This document shows, one piece after another, positions 1 to 12,122 of a stretch of DNA of 64,000 nucleotides (position 1 is its first letter; every line of letters begins with the position of its first letter). Source of the stretch: Zygnema circumcarinatum SAG 698-1b (taxonomy: Eukaryota > Plantae > Zygnematophyceae). The position numbers were made by a program, and so were the translations under genes. Location of the stretch: positions 3,028,689-3,092,688 of the forward strand of contig CM074809.1 of assembly GCA_037447605.1 (NCBI GenBank), read 5' to 3'. Below the pieces are notes generated by a model. It was not told the origin of the DNA and made no database searches. It saw only the letters and a list, made by a program, of their open reading frames with translations.

Positions 1-1496
1 CCTCCTACTCCCGCTTCAAGCCCGCCATGCCCGCGAGAGGAATCCTATTGAAGGAAAATCCCACCTCCCGTTCCATTCAGACTGCAGCCTCGTCCCTTCT
101 TCCCCCTCCCTTAGCCCCTGCGCACGCTGAGCTCCCCGCCGCCATGGCTGAGCGAGCAGGCCTCCGTCTTAGGGTTGGGTGGGCCGAGGGCGAAAGAAAG
201 GAAGGGAGGAAGGAAGGCACCGCGAAGCTTCGCCCGCGGACTCTCCCTGACGGGCCGCCGCCGCCGCTGACGGCCGCTGACGGCCGGCCGCGTCACGGCT
301 GCCGGCCGGCGGCCACGTGTCGCCATCCTGACTGTCTGTATCATGCCATCCGACGGTCCATTAAAGCAGCCTCGTGGGGGCGCGTGCGTGGTCGAGGGCG
401 GACGAAGGGTGACGTCATCCACAGATTTTTATTGGGTGGGATTTCCTGCTTTCTCTTTTTTTTTTTGGGTTGGGCAGGGGAGCAGGAAACGACAAAATGT
501 CGGTGCACGAAAATTACGGCGCGCTGCGTGATCGGAGCGGATGCGGGCGGCCGGCGCGGCCCGCGGCGGCATGCTGACGTGGTGGCCTGTGCTTGGTCAT
601 AAGGGGGCGCGACTCCCGTGGAAGCGTGTCGGCGCGAAGCTTCGCATGGCCCTGGCCACCACGTGGCAGCGGCCGCCCGCTGGAGGCCCACTGGGGCGGC
701 TCTTCCGAGGACGATCGTGCGTATCCGCTGACGTATGAAACCATACTAAAAGCGTACGGCTCCAATCCGGAGGAAGACTATCGTATCTAAATGACGCCAT
801 CGATTTGACATGACTCAGCGGACTCCGCACTCGGATAGGTACGGGATTGTTACGGAAAAGTACGAAATGTACGAAATAGTACGGAGGAGATGAGACGTCA
901 GCCAGAGGGCGGCCGCGGGCTGCGGCGAAGTCCCCTTCCGGGATGCCGCCCAGCTGCAACTTCCACGTCACCAGTGACGTCACGTACGGATCCATGTTAC
1001 TGATGCTGCTTACGTAGACGCTCCTTGTTTGGCGATGTGCTGTTCAGTGCTAAATCACTGAAACTGAAGCTGGGATTGCAACTGCAACTGCAACTGCATG
1101 TGTAAGGGTCCGAGATGGGCGACATGAGAGGGACACGCATGCATACATTCCCTGCAAGCCCGCCCTCTTTATTGACGCACAGAAATGCCTGCCTGCCTGC
1201 CTGCTCTCGTCTCGCCCACTCGCTCCAAAAGCAGCCTAGACTCTACCTCTAAGCGTGCTCTGTAGCCGAAGACATACCCTCCCTCCCTCGCATTAAAGGC
1301 CGCTTGGGTTGCCCGACACTGCGAAGGCGTTCATATTAAACCAGAACATGAATACATCTCAATATCTAATCCTCAAACGAATTGAATCGGGTAGCGAAAC
1401 AACGTTGGATGCCCTCCAAGACGCGGTCGCCAGCCAGCGCCCAGAGAGGCGGCTCATGTCAGGGCACGGGACGAAGCGCCCTACTGCCCTACTGCC

Positions 1497-4400
1497 CTAG
1501 TGCCCTACTACTGCTGGGGGGGGGGCGGGGGGGCCGTGGCGGTCCTCCCATTGGCGGCGGCCCTCCGCGGCGAGGCGCAGCATCTCCTTGTACTGCCCGT
1601 TGGCGCCGTCGTAGTCGCACACCGCGACCGTGCTCATGCGCACGCGCCGCCCAAAGGCCTGCGCGCCCACCCGCCCACAGGCCCCCTTCAGTCACTCTCA
1701 CATGGCAGGGGGCGCTAGGCCTGCTGCACCCTTACCGCGCTGCAGCCTGCATGGAGGGAGGCAGAGGGAGGGAGGGAGGGAGGGAGACAGAGGGAGGGAG
1801 ACAGAGGGAGGGAGCGCTCACCTGCGCAATGCGGCTCCGTGTGAGGGCGAATACCACTTCCGTTTCGTTGGCAGCCGCCTGGTCCAGCAGACTCTGCAGA
1901 GTGGAGTCGAGCCCGCCTGCAGGGTTCCATGGCAACACACATTCAAACCGCGTCAAAACGGAACGGCAAGTTTTCGAATTGCATACGCTTCAAATCGCAT
2001 GCGGCAGCAACGGCAAGCTTCTCCTACCCATCGCGTACTCTGAGAAAAGCAGCTCTATTTCTCTCTCTTCCATGAAAGGAATGCTCTGTGTACTGCCACG
2101 TGCAGCAGCTGTCTCATGTTCTCAGCGCAATCCACGTCGACCTCACATTTCGGTCAAAAGCAGTTTCCTAATCTAGGAAGGTGGGGGGGGGTGTGGGGGT
2201 AATGGTGTAAGGAGTGGTCCTACCTTCCGCTGTGACCTCCTCTATGTTTGGCGCCACAATGATGCACTTCGCCCGCTTGCTCCGTACGGCGCGCGAAACT
2301 TCGCGAAGGCCGACAAGAAGGCGCCGCTTTTTCTTTGCCTGCACACAAAATTCAGAGAGAAAAACTCCGATGTTCAACGGAAACGTACTCCACGACGAAG
2401 GTCCACAAAGAAAATGGAAAAAGTCGAGAAGGGAAGCTTTACTTCATTGACCAGCCCAGTCTACTTGCTCTCCCTCAGACCTTGATCCGCAATGCTGAGA
2501 CTTGCAGGCACACTCAAAAGTGGGGAGGAGAGTGGGAGGGAGGGAGGGAGAGAGGGAGGGAGGGAGGGAGGGAGGGAGGGAGAGAGGGAGGGAGGGAGGG
2601 AGAGAGGGAGGAAGGGAGGGAGAGAGGGCGGGAGAGACGGCGGGAGGAAGAGTGGGAGCAGTACTTTGAGAGGGTCTCTGGCCTGCGCTCTCTCCTGAAA
2701 GCGGAGCAGCTCCTTGAGGAGTTCCACTGTGACCCGGTTCAGCTCAGTGCTGATCACCTGCTTGCAATATCTGCACGAACATAAAATTCATTGTAGTTTG
2801 CACGAAAAAACCAGAAGAAAAGCAGAATTGATACAAGGTCAACAGGTAGAATGTGCACACAGGGAGCCTCCCTCCCTACCGTATGTACACCTCGGGCCCG
2901 ATATATGTGTTGGGCTTCTTGCTTCTCGATAAATCTCCATCTTTCAAAGCTTTCCCAGCTTCTGAGGAGGAAGAGGAGAGAGTCCGCCCCGTCCCGCTGA
3001 GAGGGAGAGAGTCTCCGCAGGGCGGCTCATGGCCTCCGCCTGCAGCAGAAGCTTCTTCTGGGTGACAGGGAGCAGACTCTCCCCCTCCCTCTCCCTCTCC
3101 CTCTCCCTCTCCCTCTCCTCTCCCTCTCCCTCTCCCTCTCCCTCTCCTCTCCCTCTCCTCTCCCTCTCCTCTCCCTCTCCCTCTCCCTCTCCTCTCCCTC
3201 TCCCTCTCCCTCCTCCCTCTCCCTCTCCCTCTCCCTCTCTCTCCCTCTCCCTCTCCATCTCCAACTGCCTCTGCTTCTCTACCTCTGCTTGCGCTCTGCT
3301 TCCATGCATTGCAGCCCCTTCCAACCGTTGACTTAACTCAAGCCTCTCCATGGCTTGCTGCACTTCTTCCTGAGCGGCTGCCTCACATTCTACATGTGCA
3401 GCTTCCGACGAAAAACTTTTCCTTGAGGGTCCTTTCAACGATCTCTCTTCAGCCTCTTCGCAATCAGATGGAGGAAAACGGGTCGAAGGAGGGTCGACTG
3501 CTCCATCTGACGGAGCTGTTTTGCACAACTGCAGGGACTCTCCTTCACTGCCACTCCTGCTAGACTCTCCTCCCTTCTCATTATCTGTGTCAGAGCTACT
3601 GTTTACCCCCGCATCATCGTTGGCTGGGGGGGCTTCTGTAATGGTGTCCACTCCTGCGTTGCATTGTGTTCCGGCGTTTGCAGCTCTTTCCTTGAGAATG
3701 ACCTTTTTCAAAGCACTCAGCTTCTTCTTCTTTGGTACAAGCCGTTCTTTGCCCCTGCACACGGTGATGCAGGAAACGGACAATTGAACAACATAGGATT
3801 TTCACCGAAGGTAGTCTTTTCGATTCACTCGCATTCACTAGCATACGACTTGTGGGTTGTGTTACACTCCACGAGAGAAAGCAGTCGATGGATTTGTGGG
3901 GTTCACCTCCTTTGTATCACAGTCGACGAGGCAGGATTGACGGCTGCAGCAACAGGAGAATTTCTGCTAAGGGAGGAGGGTCCGCTTTGCTTCCACGAGC
4001 CTCCCTCCCGGTAATAAGAAGCAATAGCAGATGGAACAGCACCGCTTCGTTGGGCGGCCTGGCACAGAAAAAAAAGGATATAAATCGACTACATTTCCGT
4101 TGCACTTCCTTGCAGTGTTTGCTCGCATCAAACTTGAATAAACAAGGAATAAGGAAGATCTATCTTTTATCTTGTGTAGCAAGATATCCGTAGCCTAAAA
4201 TGTCATCAAAGCAGGAAGTGAATCAACGTCTATGGTCGTTCAACGCATGTACTGAAAAGGAAAGGCAGGCGCGGATGGGAAGGGCAGTACATTGTTCAAG
4301 TTTTGAGCGGGCAGAAGATCGCCGAGGGAGAAAGGACGACGTTTTCCCTGTCCTCTCTCCTTGACAGATGCCTCCCTCTGCGACGGATGCAAGAGGAGCA

Positions 4401-5286
4401 GCGGCTACTCTTAGGGACATTAGATGCAGGATATGAGTCATTGCATTGGAAGCTTTTTCGTAGCAATCCCCTACTTTGCACTTGCTTTCAGATGGACGAA
4501 TGTAAACTACAATGGCACTCAGAAGACAATAGGTGCAGGAGAACGACCGGCCAAAAGTAACTGAAGGTGAAATGAACTATTGATGTCAAAAGCACACCTT
4601 TGCCTCGTAAAGCCTTCGGGACTCTGAATTGTAGCCCTCATGCTTGCTGATTAGGTGGTCCTGAAGAGCTGGAAATGATTGTACGAATTTATGACAAGAG
4701 AGGCAGTGCACCTGGAAAGCAAAAGTCAAAAACCCCTTCACACATTCGTCATCGCAATATTGTTTCCACTTAACAAATATCATATCTTGCCAATCCCCTT
4801 GCCCTCATTCAGCGAAAGAAAGCGGAGCAGTGAAAAGCTTCAACAACCTTCTCCATACTAATGATGATGATGAAGGCATTACCTTTCCTTGAGCATCCAT
4901 CCGGCTATTTCTCGCTTCGAATGCAGCAAGCTCAAGAAGTTTCCTTTCAGCATTCGAGCTATTGTTTGACGGAAGGGGTGCCCGATTGGAGGAGACTGGT
5001 GCCATGTCTTCTCCAGTTGATCCACAGAGTGAAAAGCTATTCAATTCCGGAAATAAATGGGCATACTCGGTGGAAGAGGGAGATGGAACTTGAGAGGGGG
5101 GCTGCTCTCTGCGAGGAGTGTCTCGACAGCTGATCCAACCGCCACTCTGTGAGGGAGGCCTGCATGGGGAGATGCTAGGAGGGCGGTCCAAACTCTGTTC
5201 CATGTTGGGGAGGGGCCATGACAGCAGCCTCTGCAGCACCGGATGGGAGACGAAAGATCGTCAAAACGATACACAGACAAGTCCAT
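1497..5286 (-). CDS. SECISBP2: SECIS-binding protein 2 (selenocysteine insertion factor), multi-exon, with an N-terminal C2H2 zinc finger
   Basis: GT-AG exons 2665-2770, 2224-2338, 1822-1916 and 1497-1658 splice to YCKQVISTELNRVTVELLKELLRFQERAQARDPLK|AKKKRRLLVGLREVSRAVRSKRAKCIIVAPNIEEVTAEG|GLDSTLQSLLDQAAANETEVVFALTRSRIAQ|AFGRRVRMSTVAVCDYDGANGQYKEML. This is the SBP2 SID plus L7Ae RNA-binding domain. Upstream exons (ending 3907, starting 3754) give NPASSTVIQRR|GKERLVPKKKKLSALKKVILKER, the SBP2 Lys-rich motif. There is an FPEL motif in the exon ending at 4883, and the zinc-finger exon is 4598-4711. The 5' start (about 5200-5286) and the middle exons are less certain. Confidence 0.92.
2521..2650. 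repeat. (GGGA/GAGA)n purine tract in an SBP2 intron
   Basis: Direct read. A similar tract lies at 1754-1812 in the neighbouring intron. Confidence 0.9.
3075..3262. repeat. (CTCCCT/CTC)n pyrimidine tract within the SBP2 locus, probably intronic
   Basis: Direct read. It produces the spurious poly-ER/EG stretch in ORF 2944-3783. Confidence 0.85.
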
Positions 5287-6369
5287 GCCTGCACGTTTAA
5301 TGGGGCTTACTTCCCTGCTTTACTAGAAATTGCGGGCTTGCGGTATTCAAAATTAAACAGTAGGCATCATTGAGTTCAAATCATGCATCCGGTTGTTGCC
5401 CCGGCTTACCGACTCCTTCTGGCTGACTCTCCAATTTAACAAATGAATAAATGGTTGTGCTTAACGGTTTTACCAACCAACCTTCTTTCTGACGCTCTCT
5501 GCACCTGTACACTCACTGCAAGTCCCTCCGATAATCCCACTCGCATAACGTGTTTCTATCAACTTATTCAAAGTTTATAAACACAAATATTCAGTGATAA
5601 AGAGAAAATCTTAAATCATTAGAATTAGAAAGGAAGACGACCTTACATGATGGATTTAGCATATCGCCACAATTCATCGTTCTTCAGAGAGAACCCCCAT
5701 TTTATTCCTCCCTTGACTTCAGCCTACGACTTCGACTTTCACATAAAGCGTCCTCCCCCTCTCCGTACGACACCTTAACACCCTGACTTCAATCGTTCAT
5801 AAAAAGATTCAGGCGATAAGCGATTGTTCGAAGCTCAGCATTCCACGGTATTGAGGGAACAAATTCAATTAAAATTCGCAAATTGCTTTTAACTGACTAA
5901 ATTAAAAAACCTGGCCATAATTTCTTAGCTTGACGGTATTAGAGGAACTAAATAGCTTGAATGTGCTCATCGTGCCTGCCCTTGTCTCGCCCACTCTCAC
6001 TCTCACCCGCTCTATCCCTTCGCCTCCCTCTCGCCTTTTCTCCTCCCCTCACTTCTAATTCCTCAACCTACCCACCCCCTCTTCCCTCAACTTCTAATTC
6101 TACCTCTCCTTAATTCCTTGGTCACTTCCCATCCCCATCGTCCCCCTCGCGCCCTCTCGTCTTCTCGTCTTTCATCCTTAACTCTCTCTTTGATTTTCCT
6201 TCGCCTTTCCTCCCCCTGTCCTTTAATCTCCCTCTCTTTCTACCTCGCGCAGATTCTCTTTCCCTCCCTCTCACCCTACCCTTCCCTCCACTCGTCTCTC
6301 CCTGGCGCTTCTCCCTCGTCTCTTTGCCCTATTCACTCTCTCCCACTCCCTCACCGCGCCCTCACTGCC

Positions 6370-6620
6370 AGTATCGAATATCGTATACGATATCGATATC
6401 GTATTCGATCTCGGGGATAGTCCCTGAAGGGACGATATCGTATCAAGTATCTACACGTAACGATATAATGTCAAAATATCGTTGGGTGGCGATATACTAG
6501 CGAAATATCGTCAAGTTCGGATGAGATGTCGAATATCGTCAGGAAACGATATGGTATGGAATATCGTCAAATGACAATATTATATCGGAAATCGTTCGTG
6601 ACGATACAGTATCGAGTATC
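6370..6620. repeat. Cluster of ATATCG/CGATA motifs, possibly a non-autonomous DNA-transposon remnant
   Basis: About 250 bp dense in gatatc/tatcg/cgata words. Nearby, 6873-6884 ends in GGTCCGCCACTG, the reverse complement of CAGTGGCGGACC, which resembles a MITE terminus. I found no matching left end or TSD. Confidence 0.45.
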
Positions 6621-6945
6621 GGGCGGTGTGACCTTCCCTCAGAGCCAAGCCCTTCCGCATTTCTATTCCTGCACCACCCATGCATGCATTCATGATGGAT
6701 GCAAGCATGGATGCATGGATGCATGTATGCATGCATGCTCTCGCTTCTACTCTTGGGGCTGCACAGCAACAACAACAGGATTTTTGCTCCGGGGGGGTGC
6801 TAAGCCTTCTTTCAATAAGAAAGTTGGGGGGCTCAGCTCAGGGGGGGCTAAGGCCCCAAACTTGTATACGTAGGTCCGCCACTGCTGATGGTCTGACTTG
6901 ATGGTTACGATTTAGAAAGCAGTGCTATGCATGAGCACTGCTTTA

Positions 6946-8964
6946 TCACTTCATACGCTGCCATCCCAATTGCTGCCAACCCATTAAAATAAATCGAGGT
7001 CCCCCAATTTCAGCCAAGAGGGAGCGACACCGCGGACGTACGTACTCGATCGCTCTCCTCTACAAGGCCAACTTAAAGAAGAACGTGCAGAAGCATGAAG
7101 TCAGGGCATGCTCGTCAGGTAGCCGTTAGTTCCACATTTCAGAAGCGCCTATGGGACGTGGCTTACCTGCTCAATTTCCTTTGGAAAGCCCCTTCCATGG
7201 ATGCGTGAGAAAGAGGCGTCGCCGTGCCATTCTCTGCCTTCTCCATACACACTGTGAGCTCTCAAGCTTTGTAAACTCTGCAGCAGTGGATGCAAAGAAG
7301 GAGCTAATGTTTAAATGCGACATTCAGCAAGTAATCTTGTAGACCTTCTAGAGGGTACAAACGAGCACTGGTCAGCTTGGCGAGGCACTGACCTGTGGAG
7401 AGGCGGGTGGAGGGTGGCTTGCCGTGAGCTGAGAGAACTTCAAAGGGGAACTTCTCCCCCGCTCCTCCGTGAACTGCCACTCGAGCACTTGCATCCTTTC
7501 AAGGGAGCGCCCTCGCACCTCCGCCTCTCCCACTCCCACAGCCGAGTGGCCGCCATGGCTCCCTGCTCTCGCTTCGTCACTCCATCGCTGCTGCCTTGCT
7601 GCCAGGAGACACTCAATTGCGAGCGCCTCCTTGCTTTGGTAGGGAGCCTCCTCCATCGCGTAGCCGGGCGAGGATGAATGCGCAGCCCCGAAACTTCTAG
7701 AGCCTTCTAGAAGCCTCTGCGCGGCCTCCTCCCAGCTTCCCGCAGCTGCGGGGGAAGGAGACGGGCAAGATGGAGGAACGTCGCCAATTGAACGAGCTGT
7801 AGATAGCGGCCAGTCGGGCTGCCAAGGGGAAGTAAACTCCCCTCTATAGCTGCGCCACGTGGCATCATCTTCTCCTCCGCCATTTTCACGCTCACCACGC
7901 CGGCCAAGCTGCAGGCGGTGTGCAAAAGGGCTTCCCATGGAGGAGCCGAGTGAAGGCTCCGAGCATCCAGGAGATGGGATCTGAATACCGCTAAAGGTAA
8001 ACTGCACGCAGAGAATAGGGACGCATGGGTTTGTGGAGAAGACAATGATCAACAATGGGAGACGTAAGCAACGCAGCGTAAAATCCGCGATATCAGAATC
8101 CGCAGTTCCGGCACATGCGAGCCTTCTCCCGTCAGTGAGAGGATAGGCGTACCCCCTCCGGTCAGTGCCAGCGGACAGAGACGATCTCGCCGTCTCTTTC
8201 CGCAAGGCGCAAGAGGCGAGCAATGCATGCGCATGGCTGCCCGGAGGAGGGCGACTCTCTAGAGATTATCCATACTGATGCCGACGCAGAAATGCCCTCA
8301 TTCCCGCCCTGCGCAGCATCCCAGCACAGAAACACTCCTTCCATGCAGCAAACCTCCGAGCTCATATAGAGCTCCTGGGAGCACAAAGGCTCCGACTCCG
8401 ACAGCCTCTGCGTGAGGGACCGCCATGGAGAGGTCAGAGGGAGAGAAGGAGGGAGGGAGGGAGGGAGGGAGAGTGTGCGAGCGCGACCTGTGGTAGGAGG
8501 TGCGCTGCCCGCGGGGGGGAGGGAGGGAGGGAGGCGTCCGCGCTCGCTGGCTGGCGGGTGGAGGACAGAAGCCGGTGCAGGTGACGAGTGGGCAGGAGCG
8601 GCCGGGGGAGGCTTATCTGGGGCGGGGGAGGCTCATCTGGGGACGGGGAACGGGCGACAGGCGGGCAGGCGCGCACTGCGGCCCGTTGCCGTCCGGGGCA
8701 GTTGGCGCCCGCGGGCGGAACGTACGGACAAGCGTACGGCTGTACGGGATGGGGACCCATGCGCACATGCATGCCATGCGGGCAGTGGCTTTGTTTGGGA
8801 AAATTGGTGACGAGGGTTTCATAGGGATTGACTTTTTCATGTTCCCGCGGAGGGTACTTTTGTGGGACTGGCTGGCTAAGCAGGTAGACAAAGTACAGAA
8901 AATATAGCGTCGGGCAAGCTAAGACTAACAAACTGACTTGGGGATAAAGATTGGAACGTGACAT
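6946..8964 (-). CDS. Hypothetical multi-exon, low-complexity protein
   Basis: Long ORF 7372-8223 ends at a CAG|GTCAGT donor. An in-phase exon near 7167-7277 (SLQSLRAHSVYGEGREWHGDASFSRIHGRGFPKEIEQ) follows, then a terminal exon ending at TGA 6946-6948. No recognisable domain; the 5' structure is uncertain. Confidence 0.3.
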
Positions 8965-9683
8965 TTGAAACGAAAAGAACCTATATCGCATATTTTCTTG
9001 GTAACCATTAGAAAATTCGGAAACCACACTTCGTTCAATTTTCTGTTTTGGTTTCCACGAGTTTAAAGTTGAAGTTCAGCTGCTCGTTCAAACAGTACGA
9101 TTCGTACATTCATGTCTGTATGATGTGATGGGCTGAAAACTGGTTTGGTTCGATTTATGCGAGTCATATAATCTGCCCAATTTTTGGGACAAAACTAACC
9201 GCCATTCACCTGTACAAAATCCCCCCACTCCTGCATTCTTGCTGGAGCACATTCGCTGGGTGACTTTTTCTACAAAGACCAACCATTGGCGCTGACAAAC
9301 GGCTGCACATAGAAAGGCATGCACCACATCTTCACACCATTTGCCATGCACAGCATACAAAACAACAAACGTGAAAGCCTTGAGCAAAAAACCCCAGTCA
9401 GCATGCAACCGTAGCTATCCAAGCCATCCTCACAACCTCCAAACCCTCAATATTGGCGTGCCTTAAACCAGCCATGCTTGAATACGATCAGCACAACCAA
9501 GAGCCAAACTTATGGAGTGCAGAAGTTGGACACAAAGTGGCAGCATCATCCATTGGAAAAAGTTGCATCCATTTGCAAGTGGCGCCACCCTTCGGAACTT
9601 ATATCACATATCTACAGGCAATACCCCGCCGGCTCTCTGCTTTCCATTATGCCCTGACACGCGCAGCGCCGCCCTCCCTCCCT

Positions 9684-11360
9684 TCAGACGGACTGGCCCT
9701 GCGGCACCATGCTGTCAGGCAGCTGAAACTTCAACTGCCAACCCTTCACAATCATGTCATTTGGATAGGAAGTCTTTTTGAAGCTTGGACAGTTCTCAAC
9801 CTCCTGTAACAGAAGACAGGAGTGTGCATCAGTAGGGAGTAACGGGGGGAAGAAGTTAAGCGCAAACCGGCCCACTGTGCGAAGGTTAAGGCTGAATCAA
9901 CAAAGAAAGAACAAGAGTGGATGGAGTTATAGTTTGCATAAGAGACCCGTATTAGGCTCACCTGCATGTAGCTCTGCAGAGCTGTCCGATTGTCAGGAAA
10001 CTTGTAGCCGTAATAGTGTCCCAGCGCCACACGAGAATGGAGCAGCTTGGGTACGAGGGCGCAATCAAGATCGGTGAATTTTTCTCCAGCAACAAAGGGA
10101 CCCTGCGGTAGAGACATCATTCGACATATAAATTGCTTTTCAAGCATACAGTCCAAGCTGTCACAAGTGCAGCGGCAAGCAGCAATCGTGCATAGGGCAA
10201 GGCACTGACATTGCTCTTCAAATGTTCATTCAAGGCAGCAAGCTCTTTCTCAAAGTCGTGCTTCGCTGGACTGTTTGCATCCTTCGATTGAAGCCACTGT
10301 GTGAACGTCTGAAACACGCCTGCACCGCTGCAAGAGAAAGGCAACAGTCGAAGAGTCATATAACAACTACTGGAAAAACGATAATAGACTTGCCAGAAGT
10401 TGCAGAAGTTTGCCAGGAACACCATTTAAGTCCGAAAGCATAAGAGCAGCTCAATCTGGTTTCAACTTTGCCAGAGAAAATAGACTTACACTGATTTCAA
10501 ATGGTCAGGACCCTTAAGTGGATGTTCGGGAAATTTCTCTTCCAAGTAGTCGATGATTTTGTCCGAATCTTGAATCCACTTTTCTCCATCACGAAGCACT
10601 GGCATGAGTCCCGAAGGATTGTTTTCCATAAACCTGCAAACGAGAAGAACCCAGAAATCCCTCAATCCACAAACCACAGCTTGCTATATATCCAAAGAAT
10701 GTTCCAACGTACTCACCATTGTGGCTTGCCGGGTCCTTCTTCGATGTATGTCGCCTTGTATTGCAAACCCTTCTCTGCAAAAGACATAATGAATGGGAGA
10801 TACTCAGTAACCATTCGTTGTTACAAGACGTGCGACTGGATTTCAAAGACGTGCCTTCATGTTCTATGGTGCATCAACCCAACGGCAACTTGTTACGAAA
10901 GCAATTGCACTGCCCTAAGTTAAAGTGCGCACCTTCCAGATCCATGTACGTACGTTGCGAAAAAGGGCCTGCAAACAAGCGAATATAAAAACGATGAGTA
11001 TATGTGCAGGCATTTAAAGTCGATACACGTTATTTACGAACGATATTGAAAATCGTCTTCCACGACGACGTGAATGTTGCTTAAAAAGTTCATGGAGATG
11101 CTCTCCAAGGCACAGTGAAGAGACGTGATAATCACGATATTGTAGAAGAGCTCCAGTAAGCCATTCCGAGTTTGCATCCAACTGCTAAATTGATGAATTT
11201 GTGTCATAATTGGATACTTGAGTTGATGATACCTGGGTTCATTCCGGGATGAATTTCATTTCAGAAGGTACGACGTATACTTACAATCGCCACGCACAGT
11301 GCTAGGACTGCCTGTTCCAGCAGCGGCTTTGCCAAACACCTCTATGTCGTACGAAGCCAT
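9684..11360 (-). CDS. DHAR: Dehydroascorbate reductase (GST/CLIC-like DHAR), 7 exons
   Basis: Exons 11285-11360, 10933-10968, 10717-10774, 10490-10633, 10210-10327, 9962-10102 and 9684-9803 splice in frame: MASYDIEVFGKAAAGTGSPSTVRGDCPFSQRTYMDLEEKG...NPSGLMPVL...GPFVAGEKFTDLDCALVPKLLH. It carries the DHAR CPFS active-site motif. Confidence 0.9.
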
Positions 11361-11849
11361 GGCAGAGGCCTGAGACGATTGCACTCGAAAGGCCTTCCAA
11401 GAAAGGACTGAAGCAGTAGCAGGAATTCTCTCGGTTGTCTTGAGACCTCTCGTTTCCCTTCCCTGAGGGACGAATGCAAGGCTATTAGGGCGAAAGTACA
11501 GCACCGCCACCGCTTGAGAGGGAGCCCTGCAAAGATAAGGAGCGAAAACGCGCAGGGCAGACCCGGGAGCTGAGCCGCAGCTTGCAGCGAGCATGCTGGA
11601 CACTGCCACGCAGCGAGCGCTAAGAGCTTAATATTGCGTTCTTCCATCCTGCAGCGCATCCACATATTCCCAAAATGCCAAATTTCCATGGCGCTACACA
11701 TAACAGGCGGCGCGTCCTGCTGATGACACGTAGCGGCCGAAAGCCACGAGGGCCCTTGAGAGCCCGCCTCGTGGGAGGCCGCCATGGATACCCCCGTCCC
11801 TCCGTGCCCGCGTGGCGGCCATGCCGAACTGCTGCCCGTTACTGCCGTC

Positions 11850-11972
11850 ACGAGACGATACGACGATACGATACGTGACCACTCCCACCATTCGATACGA
11901 TACAACACGATACTCACAGTACGACGTTTATCGACAGTTCACGATACGATACGATACTATACGATACGATTC
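11850..11972. repeat. Degenerate (ACGAT)n microsatellite between divergent DHAR and LYRM9
   Basis: acgatacgatacgatactatacgatacgat and related pentamers, read directly. Confidence 0.75.
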
Positions 11973-12122
11973 CATGCGGTCGTGGACCACAGGCGAGCCG
12001 GAGCTCGCAGTTGGACGGAACTGCGCATGGAACGCGGCGGGAGGCGAGGGGAGGGGAAAGGGGACGTCGGAGGCGCTGTGCGTGCGCCACGTGGCGCGCT
12101 CTCCCGCGAGGCCTTCTCCGCC

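Noticed and set aside
9088-9408. 106-aa hydrophobic ORF downstream of DHAR
   Set aside because: No recognisable family or linked exons; it may be UTR or intergenic.
10933-11290. DHAR as a selenoprotein (given the nearby SBP2)
   Set aside because: The active-site codon is TGC, split T|GC across the intron, so it is Cys. I saw no in-frame TGA in DHAR or the other well-supported genes.
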